64,000 bases of DNA from Polaromonas sp. (GCA_028291985.1 JAQGNE010000061.1:9713-73712), one strand, 5' to 3'; shown: positions 41,476 to 52,353, counted from the stretch's first letter. The notes: a model not told the origin generated them from the sequence alone. Numbers and translations are program-made.

Positions 41476-42168
41476 ATGTCTATTGCACGTGTGGTGGCAG
41501 GGTGGTTTTCGAACTACGACAGCCAAAAGTCGGTTGGCTCAAAAATGAGGGCCAAGCGTATTGCACCCCTGCTGGACATGATCGAGGAGGCGTGTAAAAA
41601 GCACGGTTTGGCCAACGTGATTGATATCGGAGGGTCGGAGCAATACTGGGGAATCGTTCCCATGCAATATCTACTGGAGCACCGGGTCAGTATTACGGTG
41701 GTGAATGTTCCCGGCAGCTATTTGCCCAAGGACCACGGGCCTTTCAGGTTTGTCGAAGGCGACGGCTGCAAGCTTTCACAGTTTGGCGATGAGGCATTTC
41801 ATATCGCCCACTCGAACTCGGTGGTCGAACATGTCGGCGACTGGAGCCGCATGATCGAGTTTTCCAGGGAAGTCAAACGAGTCTCCAACGCCTATTTCGT
41901 GCAGACGCCCAACTTCTGGTTTCCGATCGAACCCCACTTCATGACCCCATTTTTTCATTGGCTACCCCGGCCCTTTCGGATAGGTCTGGTCAGGCACTTT
42001 CGCCTGGGGACCTTCGAGAAGGCAAGCTCGGTCAGTGAAGCCGTTTTCTTTGTCGAACATGCACGGCTGTTGACATTCGACATGTTCGAATACCTCTTCA
42101 AGGATGCGCGTATCCTGAAGGAGCGTTTCTTCGGACTGACCAAGTCATTTGTCGCCATCAAGAAATGA
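41476..42168 (+). CDS. Class I SAM-dependent methyltransferase-like protein
   Basis: VIDIGGS motif I variant, EGDGCKL, SNSVVEHVG, FVQTPNFWFPIEPHF; GAAAGG upstream of ATG 41476. Confidence 0.82.
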   Translation: MSIARVVAGWFSNYDSQKSVGSKMRAKRIAPLLDMIEEACKKHGLANVIDIGGSEQYWGIVPMQYLLEHRVSITVVNVPGSYLPKDHGPFRFVEGDGCKLSQFGDEAFHIAHSNSVVEHVGDWSRMIEFSREVKRVSNAYFVQTPNFWFPIEPHFMTPFFHWLPRPFRIGLVRHFRLGTFEKASSVSEAVFFVEHARLLTFDMFEYLFKDARILKERFFGLTKSFVAIKK

Positions 42169-43167
42169 CTGCTGCGGTGCACGGCCTTCTGTTGCGCCGG
42201 TGAAAATATCAAGGTATTCCTGGTCCATCTGAGGAACACCACTCGACATATGCACGGGCGCCCGAACGCCTGGCGCTTGCGCCCGATCTCTCTGGTATGA
42301 CCAGTACGAGAGCCGCCCGATCTGGCGTTGCCGCGCAAAACGTGTAATCGTTCTTGCGTCTTCGAGGGTAAAGACCGAGCCGTCATCGTTGGTGCCGATC
42401 ATGGGTGTGATAGCCATCATCCGGTGCACATCGTCGCGCGATTTATCGGGGTAAAGCGTCGCCAGTTGATCCGCCGCCGCGTTGAAGCTCATGATTGACG
42501 CCTGGGCCAGTGTGGGCGGTGTCACCTGGGTGCGAAGATTTTCAAGTCCGAACGTCATGGTCATCACGTTGACGCGGTCTATCCTCACGCCCGCGGCACG
42601 GGTTGTCTGCAACAGCCTGACCGAATCAGCGCCGAGACCCCGCAACCATCCCGGCAGGGTAAACGACACGCGAAGGTCGGGGTATTCGGTTTGCAGCCTG
42701 GTGAGCACGCGCGCCCTGCGCGCGGTAGCTTCCACGTTCTGGAGGTTCTTGCCTTCGACGTCCCAGTCAAGCCATTGAGCGCTGGAGTCGATAACCAATT
42801 CCTGCAGCAGGACGAACAACTGCTCTTCGTCCTGACAGGCGGCCTCCGCGTAAACGCCGTTCTGTCCGCCTAGCGAAACCGTGAGCTGACCGCCATCCGC
42901 GACGTACTGCCGTGCATCTGGCAAACGGGCCAGGAATGCAGAGGTGAAACTGCAGCTTCCACGCGTGATGGCAAATGCGAGGGTGGCGTTGTTCAGGCCT
43001 GCGACTCGCTTCGCTTGTGCTAGCGACTCGGCGCTCCACGCTTGAAAGTAGGGTGAAACTTCCAGTGCTTGTGCCCTTTGTACCAGGCAAGCCACAAAGC
43101 ATCCCGCTAAGACATGGCTTAGCGATAAAAGCCACGTTCTGCAACGAATCATTGATTTCAAGTGCAT
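42145..43167 (-). CDS. Secreted GH18 chitinase-like glycoside hydrolase
   Basis: Signal-like leader (AQA-LEVSPYF), LAFA, VSLGGQNG, WLDWDVEG (DxDxE), VNVMTMTFG, TPMIGTND, SYWSYQRD; start uncertain. Confidence 0.85.
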   Translation of the reverse strand: MHLKSMIRCRTWLLSLSHVLAGCFVACLVQRAQALEVSPYFQAWSAESLAQAKRVAGLNNATLAFAITRGSCSFTSAFLARLPDARQYVADGGQLTVSLGGQNGVYAEAACQDEEQLFVLLQELVIDSSAQWLDWDVEGKNLQNVEATARRARVLTRLQTEYPDLRVSFTLPGWLRGLGADSVRLLQTTRAAGVRIDRVNVMTMTFGLENLRTQVTPPTLAQASIMSFNAAADQLATLYPDKSRDDVHRMMAITPMIGTNDDGSVFTLEDARTITRFARQRQIGRLSYWSYQRDRAQAPGVRAPVHMSSGVPQMDQEYLDIFTGATEGRAPQQSFLDGDK

Positions 43168-43498
43168 GTAATAGCGCCATCGGTGTCGAACTTCTGCGCC
43201 ACCGCCAACCGCACATGATGCGCGGAGGCAGGCAAGCGCACCGCCCTGTGTAAGCTGGCAAACGCCTTTTATCTGCCAAACGCCTGAGATCTTGCCTTCG
43301 GCGCGCACGCTAATACGTAGGACAGCGACGAAACACGTGGGCTAAACTCTGCGGCTCTTCGAAACATGCAGCCGACCTTTCCCGCCTCCTCATGCCTGAC
43401 CGTCATTTGACATCGATCTTTTCCGATTTTTTTCCGGTGCATCAATGGGGAGGCAATTGCCAAGGCAGTCATACCAGCACCGGCCCGCGGGGCAGGGC

Positions 43499-44383
43499 AT
43501 GACGAAAAACGTGTTGACCCATCGCCGAGCCGTCATGCTAATGGTGGTGGTAACCCTGCTATGGTCCATGGCTGGCGTTGTGACCCGGCATCTGGAATCC
43601 GCACGCAGCTTTGAGGTGACTTTCTGGAGAAGCTTTTTCACCGTCGTATCTCTGCTGATCATCCTGCCATTTTTTCAGGGTCGCATGGTTTTCACCCGCA
43701 TACGTCAGGCAGGCTCAGCGCTGTGGCTGTCGGGACTGTGCTGGAGCATCATGTTTACAGCATTCATGGTGGCGCTGACTTTGACGACAGTTGCGAACGT
43801 ACTGGTCACCATGGCAATCGGTCCCTTCATTACCGCTTTGCTGGCCCGGATATTCATAGGCCACCGGATTCCGGGCCGCACCTGGCTTGCGATTGCGCTG
43901 GCTGGCGCCGGAATAGCCTGGATGTACGGTGGGCAAGTTGATCTGTCGAGCCAGATTGCCGGCACCCTGGTGGCGTTGCTGGTGCCCTTTGCGGCAGCAA
44001 CCAACTGGACAGTGGTGCAATACAGCCGAACCCACGGACAGAATGTTGACCTGGTCCCAGCCGTGCTGGTAGGCGCGGTGATGTCATCGGCAATCACCTT
44101 GCCACTGGCTTTTCCGTTGTCGGCGACACCACACGACATCGGTCTGCTGGCTCTGCTCGGTTTATTTCAACTCGCCATACCCTGCGTGCTCTCCGTGTTG
44201 TGTGCCGGTATTCTGAAAGCACCGGAAGTCTCATTGCTGGGGCTGCTGGAGGTGATTTTTGGTATTTTGCTGGCTTGGCTGGGCGCAGGAGAGGAGCCTG
44301 GCGCCCATGTATTGACCGGCGGGGCGCTGGTGATTGGCGCACTGGTCCTGAACGAAATAATTGCTTGGAGACAAAAATCGTGA
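43499..44383 (+). CDS. DMT/EamA family transporter
   Basis: Ten hydrophobic segments, FWRSFF, TTVANV, LLGLLEVIFG. Confidence 0.9.
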   Translation: MTKNVLTHRRAVMLMVVVTLLWSMAGVVTRHLESARSFEVTFWRSFFTVVSLLIILPFFQGRMVFTRIRQAGSALWLSGLCWSIMFTAFMVALTLTTVANVLVTMAIGPFITALLARIFIGHRIPGRTWLAIALAGAGIAWMYGGQVDLSSQIAGTLVALLVPFAAATNWTVVQYSRTHGQNVDLVPAVLVGAVMSSAITLPLAFPLSATPHDIGLLALLGLFQLAIPCVLSVLCAGILKAPEVSLLGLLEVIFGILLAWLGAGEEPGAHVLTGGALVIGALVLNEIIAWRQKS

Positions 44384-45576
44384 ACACATCCACTTTGCCT
44401 GGCGACAGGTCCGGTGCACCTGACGACATCACCGAGGTCATCGCGGAACGCCGCGGCAACGCCGGGCTGATCACCTTGAACCGGCCCAAGGCATTGAACG
44501 CCCTGAACCTGCCCATGATCCGGGCTCTCACGGCGACGCTCCTTGCATGGCGCGACGACGCTGCCGTGCAGCTGGTGGCGATTAGGGGCACCAACAAAGC
44601 GGGGCGACCTGGCACGCCGGACGCCCTGTTTGGTGGTTTTTGCGCCGGCGGAGACATTCGGTTTTTTCACCAGGCCGCACTGGCCAACGATGCACTGCTG
44701 GAAGCTTTTTTCACCGAAGAGTACACACTTAACTACCTCATACAAACCTACCCGAAGCCCTATATCGCCTTCATGGACGGCGTGGTGATGGGTGGCGGCA
44801 TGGGTTTATGCCAGGGCGAATCGCATTCGGCTCATCGTGCGGGCAAGGTCCGCATCGTGACCGAACACACCAAGATGGCGATGCCCGAAACCAATATCGG
44901 GCTTTTCCCGGATGTCGGCGGCGGTTATTTCTTGAGCCGCTGCCCGGGTCATGCGGGGGAATACCTTGCGCTGACGGGTGAGGCCATCGGCGCACAGGAC
45001 GCCATTGGTTTTGGACTCGCTGACGTCCAAAGACCCGCTGCCTCGCTGCCAGAACTGTGGGATAAGTTAGGTACTCACCGGACTGAGACACAAAATGCCG
45101 CAAACGCATGGGTTGCTACTGAATTCATAGCTGAAGCCCCTGGTACAACCAAGGACACCGGCACGATTGATCAATATTTTGGGCTTTTGCGAGTCAAGCA
45201 TATCGTTGACGCCCTTGAAAAGTCACCCGACCCGTGGGCCGTCAAGATGGGCGCGGTTTTACGCAAGCGCTCCCCGCTCATGCTGCACGTCGCGCTAGAG
45301 CAGATTCGCAGGGCGCGCGGCATGTCCCTGGCGGACAACCTGTGCATGGAGCGCAAGATGGTGCACCAGTGCTTTAACCTGCGCCCGGGAACAGCCAGCG
45401 AAACGGTCGAAGGTATCCGCGCACTGGCGGTTGACAAAGACTACACACCAAAGTGGTCCCCCGGACGTATCGAAGATGTCAAACCCGGCATGGCCGATGC
45501 GTTTTTCGCCAGTCCATGGGCACCCGATGCGCATCCCTTGAAAGACCTGCACGACCCGGGTCAGACGCGTCTATAA
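44380..45576 (+). CDS. 3-hydroxyisobutyryl-CoA hydrolase-like crotonase
   Basis: TLNRPKALNAL, FCAGGD, FFTEEY, GVVMGGGMG, AMPETNIGLFPDVGG, EGIRALAVDKD; GTG start overlapping the DMT stop. Confidence 0.9.
   Translation: MNTSTLPGDRSGAPDDITEVIAERRGNAGLITLNRPKALNALNLPMIRALTATLLAWRDDAAVQLVAIRGTNKAGRPGTPDALFGGFCAGGDIRFFHQAALANDALLEAFFTEEYTLNYLIQTYPKPYIAFMDGVVMGGGMGLCQGESHSAHRAGKVRIVTEHTKMAMPETNIGLFPDVGGGYFLSRCPGHAGEYLALTGEAIGAQDAIGFGLADVQRPAASLPELWDKLGTHRTETQNAANAWVATEFIAEAPGTTKDTGTIDQYFGLLRVKHIVDALEKSPDPWAVKMGAVLRKRSPLMLHVALEQIRRARGMSLADNLCMERKMVHQCFNLRPGTASETVEGIRALAVDKDYTPKWSPGRIEDVKPGMADAFFASPWAPDAHPLKDLHDPGQTRL
45114..45168 (-). repeat. 55-bp double-dyad element, copy 7 (antisense, inside the crotonase ORF)
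   Basis: Minus strand AATCGTGCCGGTGTCCT-TGGTTGTACCA-GGGGCTT-CAGCTATGAATTCAGTAGCA. Confidence 0.75.
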
Positions 45577-45585
45577 AAACCCGGT

Positions 45586-46026
45586 TCAGTAGCCGTCCGC
45601 AGAACCTGCAGGCACCACAGTGATGGGGCCTTTTGAGGTGATCAGGCGCCACAGGTTGTTGTAACCGTCACCGTATTTGTCGCCGGGCTCCTGGTCTTCA
45701 GGCCAGAAGTAAAGCGGCTTGCCCTTGAAGGCCCACTGTGACTTGCCGTCGTCCCGGGTGATGATCTGATAGTCGGCGTTGGCGCGTGCGCCGGCAGGTG
45801 CGTAAAAAGGCAGCCAGTTGCGCGCGCACTCATCGTGGCAGACAGACTTTCCGCTGGCTTCCACATCTCGGTCAAAAGTGTAGAGGGTCATGTCCTTGAA
45901 GTCGGTCAGGACACCGTTTTTCAGCTTGGCGGGTGCAGTTGCCATGGCCGGAGGTGCGCTGGCGCAGCCATAGGCAAGAAAAGCGGTCAACGCAATGACC
46001 AGGTAGGTGCGGAAACAGGTGTGCAT
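45586..46026 (-). CDS. Lipoprotein with Y-X4-D repeats (COG4315/Lipoprotein_15-like)
   Basis: Lipobox-like AYGC, MTLYTFDRD, C...CARNW, QWAFKGKPLYFW..D..PGD..GDG...W. Confidence 0.88.
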   Translation of the reverse strand: MHTCFRTYLVIALTAFLAYGCASAPPAMATAPAKLKNGVLTDFKDMTLYTFDRDVEASGKSVCHDECARNWLPFYAPAGARANADYQIITRDDGKSQWAFKGKPLYFWPEDQEPGDKYGDGYNNLWRLITSKGPITVVPAGSADGY

Positions 46027-46153
46027 CGGCGGGCGTGCTGGTTGATGACGACAGGGACGCGACCTCGGCTGCCAAAAGATCAGCAAGCCCCGAGGCCAGA
46101 CGGGGAGGCTCAAGTATGGCGCAGCCGCGGATTTCTTGCAGACGTTAGTCGGT

Positions 46154-46723
46154 TTAGCGGCTTCTCGACTTCATGGCGCGTTCGACTTCACGCTTGCCTT
46201 CCCGGTCTTTGATGGTGTCCCGCTTGTCGTGCTCACCCTTGCCCTTGGCAAGGCCGATCTCGCATTTGACGCGGCCGGCTTTCCAGTGCATGTTGAGCGG
46301 GACCAGCGTGAAGCCTTTCTGCTCGACTTTTCCCATCAAACGTTTGATTTCTGCCTTGTGCATCAACAGTTTTTTGGTGCGCACCGAGTCCGGACGTACA
46401 TGGCTCGAAGCAGTGCCCAGCGGATTGATCTGGCAGCCGATAACAAAAATTTCGCCACTCCGTATCACCACATAGCCGTCCGTCAGTTGCACCTTGCCCT
46501 CGCGCACCGACTTGACTTCCCAGCCCTCGAGTACCATGCCCGCCTCAAACCGCTCTTCAATGTGATAGTTGTAGAGCGCCTTCTTGTTATCCGCAATACG
46601 CACAGCAGCGGCCGCAGCCTTGGCGCTGAGTTTGTTGATCGTGCCGTCGCTGATCTTTCCGGCTGGCTTTCCCGAGCTGGAAGCGGCGGTTTTCTGAACA
46701 AGGGATGCTGCTTTGGTGGCCAT
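46154..46723 (-). CDS. smpB: SsrA-binding protein
   Basis: [39 protein letters not shown]. Confidence 0.97.
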   Translation of the reverse strand: MATKAASLVQKTAASSSGKPAGKISDGTINKLSAKAAAAAVRIADNKKALYNYHIEERFEAGMVLEGWEVKSVREGKVQLTDGYVVIRSGEIFVIGCQINPLGTASSHVRPDSVRTKKLLMHKAEIKRLMGKVEQKGFTLVPLNMHWKAGRVKCEIGLAKGKGEHDKRDTIKDREGKREVERAMKSRSR

Positions 46724-46777
46724 AGGTAACAGTTAGGGTCGTCAGGGGCTAATACAATCGGCCGAGCCTTCGATTGT

Positions 46778-47224
46778 ATGAAAACCGTTCACAAAACCGT
46801 CCTGATCTGGTACAGCGCCGCAGAAATGTTTGCGCTGGTCACCGATATTCCGAGCTATCCCGAGTTTTTGCCCTGGTGTGACGAGGCCGAGATAGTAAGC
46901 AGCAATGCGAACGGCATGGAGGCGCGGATCGGCCTGGCATTCGCCGGAATCAAGCAAAGCTTCACGACCCGGAACACCCATGAAGCAGACCGCAAGGTGT
47001 GCCTCAAGCTGGTCGATGGACCGTTCTCGAAGCTCGACGGGCAATGGGATTTTGTTCCGGTGGGCGCGGGCGGTGAGCGGGCCTGCAAGATTGAACTCAA
47101 CCTGCGTTACGACTTCGATAATGCAGCGCTTGCCACGCTCGTCGGCCCAGTGTTCGACAAGATTGCCGGCAGCCTTGTAGATGCTTTTGTCAAGCGTGCA
47201 GGCAAGGTATATGGCGAGCCTTGA
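46778..47224 (+). CDS. ratA: RatA/PasT (START-fold) protein
   Basis: YSAAEMFALVTDIPSYPEFLPWC, QSFTTRN, LVDGPFSKLDGQWDF; divergent from smpB. Confidence 0.92.
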   Translation: MKTVHKTVLIWYSAAEMFALVTDIPSYPEFLPWCDEAEIVSSNANGMEARIGLAFAGIKQSFTTRNTHEADRKVCLKLVDGPFSKLDGQWDFVPVGAGGERACKIELNLRYDFDNAALATLVGPVFDKIAGSLVDAFVKRAGKVYGEP

Positions 47225-47284
47225 GCATTTGGCAGTCTCCCAGAAGCTGGCGCCTTAACGGGCCATGCCAAAACCATCCTGACT

Positions 47285-47614
47285 GTGAAAATCGTTGTTG
47301 TCCATTCCCCAGCGCCGCGCCAGGTGCGGCAGTGGACGCTTGACTTCGCAGCCGGAGGCACGCTGCTTGATGCCTTGCATGCAAGTTCCATCTTTGACGA
47401 ATTTCCGGAGCTGGCTGCCTCGCCGCTGACGGTGGGGGTGTGGGGAAGGCGCGCCGATGAGCGCTACCGCTTGCACGACGGAGACCGCGTTGAAATTTAC
47501 CGTGCTCTCAAAGTTGATCCGAAGCTGGCGCGCCGGCAACGGTTCATCAAACAGGGAAGCAGGAGCGCCGGTTTGTTTGCAGGTACACGGCCAGGCGCCA
47601 AAGCGGGTTACTGA
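47285..47614 (+). CDS. RnfH/RatB ubiquitin-like protein
   Basis: VGVWGR, LHDGDRVEIYRALKVDPKLARRQR. Confidence 0.9.
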   Translation: MKIVVVHSPAPRQVRQWTLDFAAGGTLLDALHASSIFDEFPELAASPLTVGVWGRRADERYRLHDGDRVEIYRALKVDPKLARRQRFIKQGSRSAGLFAGTRPGAKAGY

Positions 47615-47647
47615 AATCTTTTTGATGCCAGCGCAAGGCGCGAGACC

Positions 47648-48181
47648 CTACTTGCAGTTGGAATCGATGATCTCTTGCACCCGCTTGGTTTCAGCGGCAC
47701 GCCTCGCATCGTCAAAGACTTCCTGCTCGCCTTTGGCATTGGTTCCGACCATACGCACGCCTGACTTCAGGGTGGCCATACCGCTTTTCGCACGGTCGCA
47801 ATTCTCAGCCCTGGCCTTGGCAATCTTGTCTTCCTGGGCCTTCTTGGCGGCGGCTTCCTGATCTTCCGCCTGCTTCTTTTTGGCTTCCAGTTCGGCATCC
47901 TTACCGGTCAACTTGGGCGCACTGGCTTTCGCAAGCGGTGCGGACCCTGCCGGCGCCGGCTTTGCCATGGTCTCGTCAGCCGCCGGCTGGGCTGTAGGGC
48001 GAACGCTTCCCGCGGGACGCTTGAGAATGTTCTTTTCCTGGATGTCGGCAGGCGGAGACCGGTCGCTGAATACCTTGCGTCCGTCCTTGTCTATCCATTG
48101 CCACTGCGCCATGGCAGACAAGGAAAACGCGGTTCCGGCAATCATCAGAACCAGGGATTTTGATGCGAGTTTGAAGTGCAT
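47648..48181 (-). CDS. DUF4124 domain secreted protein
   Basis: Signal peptide AMA-QWQWIDKDGRKVFSDRSPP; C-terminal ENCDRAK. Confidence 0.85.
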   Translation of the reverse strand: MHFKLASKSLVLMIAGTAFSLSAMAQWQWIDKDGRKVFSDRSPPADIQEKNILKRPAGSVRPTAQPAADETMAKPAPAGSAPLAKASAPKLTGKDAELEAKKKQAEDQEAAAKKAQEDKIAKARAENCDRAKSGMATLKSGVRMVGTNAKGEQEVFDDARRAAETKRVQEIIDSNCK

Positions 48182-48331
48182 CTTCGCAGTGTACTGTTGT
48201 GTCACCCGCATTTATTGGGTGTGCCGTGCAAGGGCGGCATCAATACAACGCGGCGCGGGCAAAACGCACGTTCAGGCAGGCCCCGAGCGTAACTTGTGCA
48301 AGGGTACAATCCGATTTTTGGAGCTTTCCCT

Positions 48332-49801
48332 ATGCGCCTACTAGGCAAAGCGCTCACCTTCGACGACGTATTGTTGGTGCCAGCGTTCTCCCAGGTCCTG
48401 CCAAAGGACACCTCGCTTTCTACCCAGTTTTCCCGAAATATCCGCCTGAATCTGCCGCTGGTTTCCGCTGCCATGGACACCGTGACCGAGGCCAGACTCG
48501 CCATCGCCATCGCGCAGGAAGGCGGCATTGGCATCGTGCACAAGAACCTGACGCCCCAGCAGCAGGCAGCCGAAGTGGCACGTGTCAAGCGATATGAAAG
48601 CGGTGTTTTGCGTGACCCGGTTGTCATCACACCCACCCATACGGTACGCCAGGTCATGGCACTTAGCGAGCAGCTGGGCATATCTGGCTTTCCAGTCATA
48701 GACGGGGGCCGCGTGGTGGGCATCGTGACAGGGCGGGACATGCGCTTCGAGTCGCGCATGGACGTGCCGGTCAGCACCATCATGACGCCGCGTGAACGCC
48801 TGATCACTATTTCTGAAACCGCATCCCTTGAAGACGCCAAGGCGCTGCTGAACAAGCACCGGCTAGAGCGCGTTCTGCTAATCAATGACAACTTCGAGCT
48901 CAAGGGTCTGATCACCGTCAAGGACATCACCAAACAGACAACATTTCCAAACGCTGCCCGTGATGCGCGCGGCCAGCTGCGCGTGGGCGCAGCGGTTGGC
49001 GTGGGCGACGGCACAGAAGAGCGTGTCGACGCGCTGGTCAAGGCAGGCGTCGATGCCATCGTGGTCGACACTGCCCACGGACATAGCAAGGGCGTGCTCG
49101 ACCGTGTTCGCTGGGTCAAGCAGAACTACCCGCAAATCGATGTCATTGGCGGAAACATTGCCACCGGTGCAGCAGCGCTGGCGCTGGTTGAGGCCGGCGC
49201 AGACGGCGTGAAAGTAGGTATCGGCCCGGGCAGCATTTGCACCACCCGCATCGTCGCCGGCGTGGGTGTGCCGCAGATCATGGCAATCGACAACGTGGCT
49301 ACTGCACTGCGCGGTACCGGTGTGCCCCTCATTGGTGACGGTGGCATTCGCTACAGCGGCGACATCGCGAAGGCAATCGCCGCAGGCGCCAACACCGTCA
49401 TGATGGGCGGCATGTTTGCGGGCACCGAAGAAGCCCCGGGCGAAGTCATCCTGTACCAGGGCCGTAGCTACAAAAGCTATCGCGGCATGGGGAGCATTGG
49501 CGCCATGCAGCAGGGCAGTGCTGACCGTTACTTTCAGGAGTCGAGTACCGGCAATCCCAACGCCGACAAACTCGTTCCCGAAGGTATCGAGGGCCGCGTT
49601 CCTTACAAGGGTTCGATGATCGCCATTGTTTTCCAGATGGCTGGCGGGCTGCGAGCCAGCATGGGCTATTGCGGCTGCGCCACCATTGACGAGATGCGCG
49701 ACCGCGCTGAATTTGTCGAAATTACGTCAGCCGGCATTCGCGAAAGCCATGTCCATGATGTACAGATCACCAAGGAAGCGCCGAACTACCGCGCTGAATA
49801 G
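48332..49801 (+). CDS. guaB: IMP dehydrogenase
   Basis: [21 protein letters not shown] pair, [18 protein letters not shown]. Confidence 0.98.
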   Translation: MRLLGKALTFDDVLLVPAFSQVLPKDTSLSTQFSRNIRLNLPLVSAAMDTVTEARLAIAIAQEGGIGIVHKNLTPQQQAAEVARVKRYESGVLRDPVVITPTHTVRQVMALSEQLGISGFPVIDGGRVVGIVTGRDMRFESRMDVPVSTIMTPRERLITISETASLEDAKALLNKHRLERVLLINDNFELKGLITVKDITKQTTFPNAARDARGQLRVGAAVGVGDGTEERVDALVKAGVDAIVVDTAHGHSKGVLDRVRWVKQNYPQIDVIGGNIATGAAALALVEAGADGVKVGIGPGSICTTRIVAGVGVPQIMAIDNVATALRGTGVPLIGDGGIRYSGDIAKAIAAGANTVMMGGMFAGTEEAPGEVILYQGRSYKSYRGMGSIGAMQQGSADRYFQESSTGNPNADKLVPEGIEGRVPYKGSMIAIVFQMAGGLRASMGYCGCATIDEMRDRAEFVEITSAGIRESHVHDVQITKEAPNYRAE

Positions 49802-49928
49802 TGACGCCGGGTTTTGTGACTGCGTGTCATTGCGCTGCCCGCCAGGTGGCGCATTTTTTATGCGGCGTCACTGCAAAAACTGCTGTTTCCCCAAACTCAT
49901 TGTGATCCGGTAGCAATTTTTCTATTCC

Positions 49929-51551
49929 ATGCAACACCAGAAAATCCTCATTCTCGATTTTGGCTCCCAGGTCACGCAGCTCATTGCGCGCCGCGTCCGT
50001 GATGCACATGTCTTTTGTGAGGTGCACCCCTGCGATGTGACGGATGACTGGGTGCGCGAATATGCCAAAGATGGCAGCCTGAAAGGCGTCATTCTGTCCG
50101 GCAGCCACGCCAGTGTTTACGAAGAAGCAACCGACAAGGCGCCACAGGCCGTATTCGATCTGGGACTTCCCGTCCTGGGTATCTGCTACGGCATGCAGGC
50201 CATGGCCCACCAATTGGGTGGCGTGGTCGAAGGCGGCCACAAGCGCGAATTTGGTCCGGCGGATGTCCGCGCGCGCGGCCACACGGAGTTGCTCAGAGAT
50301 ATATCCGACTACACCACCGCCGACGGCCACGGCATGCTGGATGTGTGGATGAGCCATGGCGACAAGGTCACACAAATGCCGCCCGGCTTCAAGCTCATGG
50401 CGTCGACCGAGTCCTGCCCGATTGCCGGCATGGCCGACGAGGCGCGCCGTTTTTACGCACTGCAGTTTCACCCCGAGGTCACTCACACCCGTCAGGGAAA
50501 TGCGATCCTCAAACGATTTGTGCTCGATATCTGCGGCACCCGGCCTGACTGGATCATGGGCAACTACATCAGTGAAGCGGTTGAAAGGATTCGTGCCCAG
50601 GTAGGCGACGAGGAAGTCATCCTGGGCCTGTCCGGCGGGGTTGATTCATCGGTGGCGGCAGCGCTTATTCACCGCGCCATTGGCGACCAGCTCACTTGTG
50701 TCTTTGTCGACCACGGACTGTTGCGGCTTGATGAAGGCGACATGGTCATGGACATGTTTGTTGGCAAGCTCCACGCCCGGGTAATCCGCGTTGATGCAGT
50801 GGACCAATTTCTGGGGCAGCTGGCCGGCGTGAGCGAACCGGAAGCCAAGCGCAAGATCATCGGGCGCGAGTTTGTTGAGGTATTCAAGGCAGAGGCCGCG
50901 CGGCTCAAGGCCGGACTGGACGGCGCCTACAAAGGCGCCAAGTGGCTTGCACAGGGAACGATTTACCCCGACGTCATCGAGTCGGGCGGTGCCAAAAGCA
51001 AAAAAGCGGTCGTCATCAAAAGCCACCACAACGTGGGTGGCCTGCCCGAACAGCTTGGCCTGAAGTTGCTGGAACCCCTGCGCGAGTTGTTCAAGGATGA
51101 AGTACGTGAACTGGGTGTAGCGCTCGGGTTGCCGCATGACATGGTCTACCGCCACCCGTTTCCTGGCCCAGGTTTGGGGGTGCGTATTCTGGGTGAGGTC
51201 AGGAAAGAATATGCCGATCTTTTGCGACGGGCAGATGCGATTTTTATCGAGGAATTGCGCAACTTCAAGGACGCTGAAAGTGGCAAAAGCTGGTACGACT
51301 TGACGAGCCAGGCTTTTACGGTGTTTTTGCCGGTAAAAAGCGTGGGTGTCATGGGCGATGGCCGCACCTACGACTATGTCGTGGCTTTGCGCGCGGTTCA
51401 AACCAGCGACTTCATGACAGCAGACTGGGCGGAGCTGCCGTATGCGCTACTCAAGAAAGTATCGAGCCGGATCATCAACGAAGTGCGTGGCATCAACCGG
51501 GTGACCTACGACGTCAGCAGCAAGCCGCCAGCAACGATCGAGTGGGAATAA
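49929..51551 (+). CDS. guaA: GMP synthase (glutamine-hydrolysing)
   Basis: [48 protein letters not shown]. Confidence 0.98.
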   Translation: MQHQKILILDFGSQVTQLIARRVRDAHVFCEVHPCDVTDDWVREYAKDGSLKGVILSGSHASVYEEATDKAPQAVFDLGLPVLGICYGMQAMAHQLGGVVEGGHKREFGPADVRARGHTELLRDISDYTTADGHGMLDVWMSHGDKVTQMPPGFKLMASTESCPIAGMADEARRFYALQFHPEVTHTRQGNAILKRFVLDICGTRPDWIMGNYISEAVERIRAQVGDEEVILGLSGGVDSSVAAALIHRAIGDQLTCVFVDHGLLRLDEGDMVMDMFVGKLHARVIRVDAVDQFLGQLAGVSEPEAKRKIIGREFVEVFKAEAARLKAGLDGAYKGAKWLAQGTIYPDVIESGGAKSKKAVVIKSHHNVGGLPEQLGLKLLEPLRELFKDEVRELGVALGLPHDMVYRHPFPGPGLGVRILGEVRKEYADLLRRADAIFIEELRNFKDAESGKSWYDLTSQAFTVFLPVKSVGVMGDGRTYDYVVALRAVQTSDFMTADWAELPYALLKKVSSRIINEVRGINRVTYDVSSKPPATIEWE

Positions 51552-51768
51552 GTCACGACCGGCACGCGCGATGCCGGTTGACAGGCATGCTCCTTACTTC
51601 CAACCTGATTGCTATGGCGCTCCAGGTCAAGCGTACCGGGCCGTCATGGGATTTCGCGTGAGCAGCTATGCTGTCGCCACGACATATTCAATGGCGTTTG
51701 CATCCGCTCGGAAAATTGCTGCGTAACCGTTTGTCAGACAGTTTTCCTGACACGAGGATCGAGGCTCC

Positions 51769-52352
51769 ATGCTTGCCGCACCTGTTCCTGACAACGACGA
51801 CGAGCGACTGAGCGCCTTGCGCGGCAGTTTCTGCGCCTATGCGCCACGTGAAGAGCGGTTTGACCGGATCACCCGCACCGCCAAGTGGTTGCTGGAAGTT
51901 CCGATTTCACTGATCTCGGTCATCGAGCAGGACGAACAGGGATTTCGATCGATACAGGGAGTGGAGATTGACCACATGTCGCCTCAGGTGTATCCGGATC
52001 TGGCACGCGTGCCGACCTGGAACTATGTGGCCGTGCACTGCACGGCCAAGGCCGGGTTGATCGAGGATGCCAGTGCGAACGATGCGCTGCTCAAACAACT
52101 GACTGGCGACCACGAGCCGGCATACGCCGAACAGTGGCGTGCCATCGGGCCGGATTTTGCCGACAAGATGCTGGCAGGCATCGTGGCTTTCAGCCTGGAA
52201 GTCGTCTCGCTGCAATGCAATGCAAGGTCAAAATCAACCAGCACCGGCCCGAAGCGCGCGTGGACTTGAGAGCCCTGTATGCGGCTGGGGACGACCATCA
52301 GCGCGATCTCGTCAGCTGGATGGACACTATTGAGGAAAGCAGGGGGCGCTGA
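51769..52352 (+). pseudogene. Chimeric remnant: GAF-domain N-terminus fused to the C-terminal half of a PaiB-like FMN-binding protein, with a frameshift
   Basis: DERLSAL...EERFDRIT...PISLISVI (GAF) switches at about 51976 to SPQVYPD..RVPTWNYVAVH (PaiB); TGCAA x3 at 52211-52225 shifts frame before KVKINQHRPE. Confidence 0.8.
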
Positions 52353-52353
52353 T

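Noticed and set aside
43170-43490. c-di-GMP riboswitch upstream of the chitinase-like gene
   Set aside because: No GEMM core (GGCAAAC...GAAA...GACGCAAAGC) could be read on the minus strand.
46030-46780. tmRNA near smpB
   Set aside because: No tRNA-like ends or tag reading frame seen; flanks are coding or short promoter DNA.
51520-51770. Possible att site or integrase after guaA
   Set aside because: No duplicate of the guaA 3' end and no recombinase found downstream in the window.
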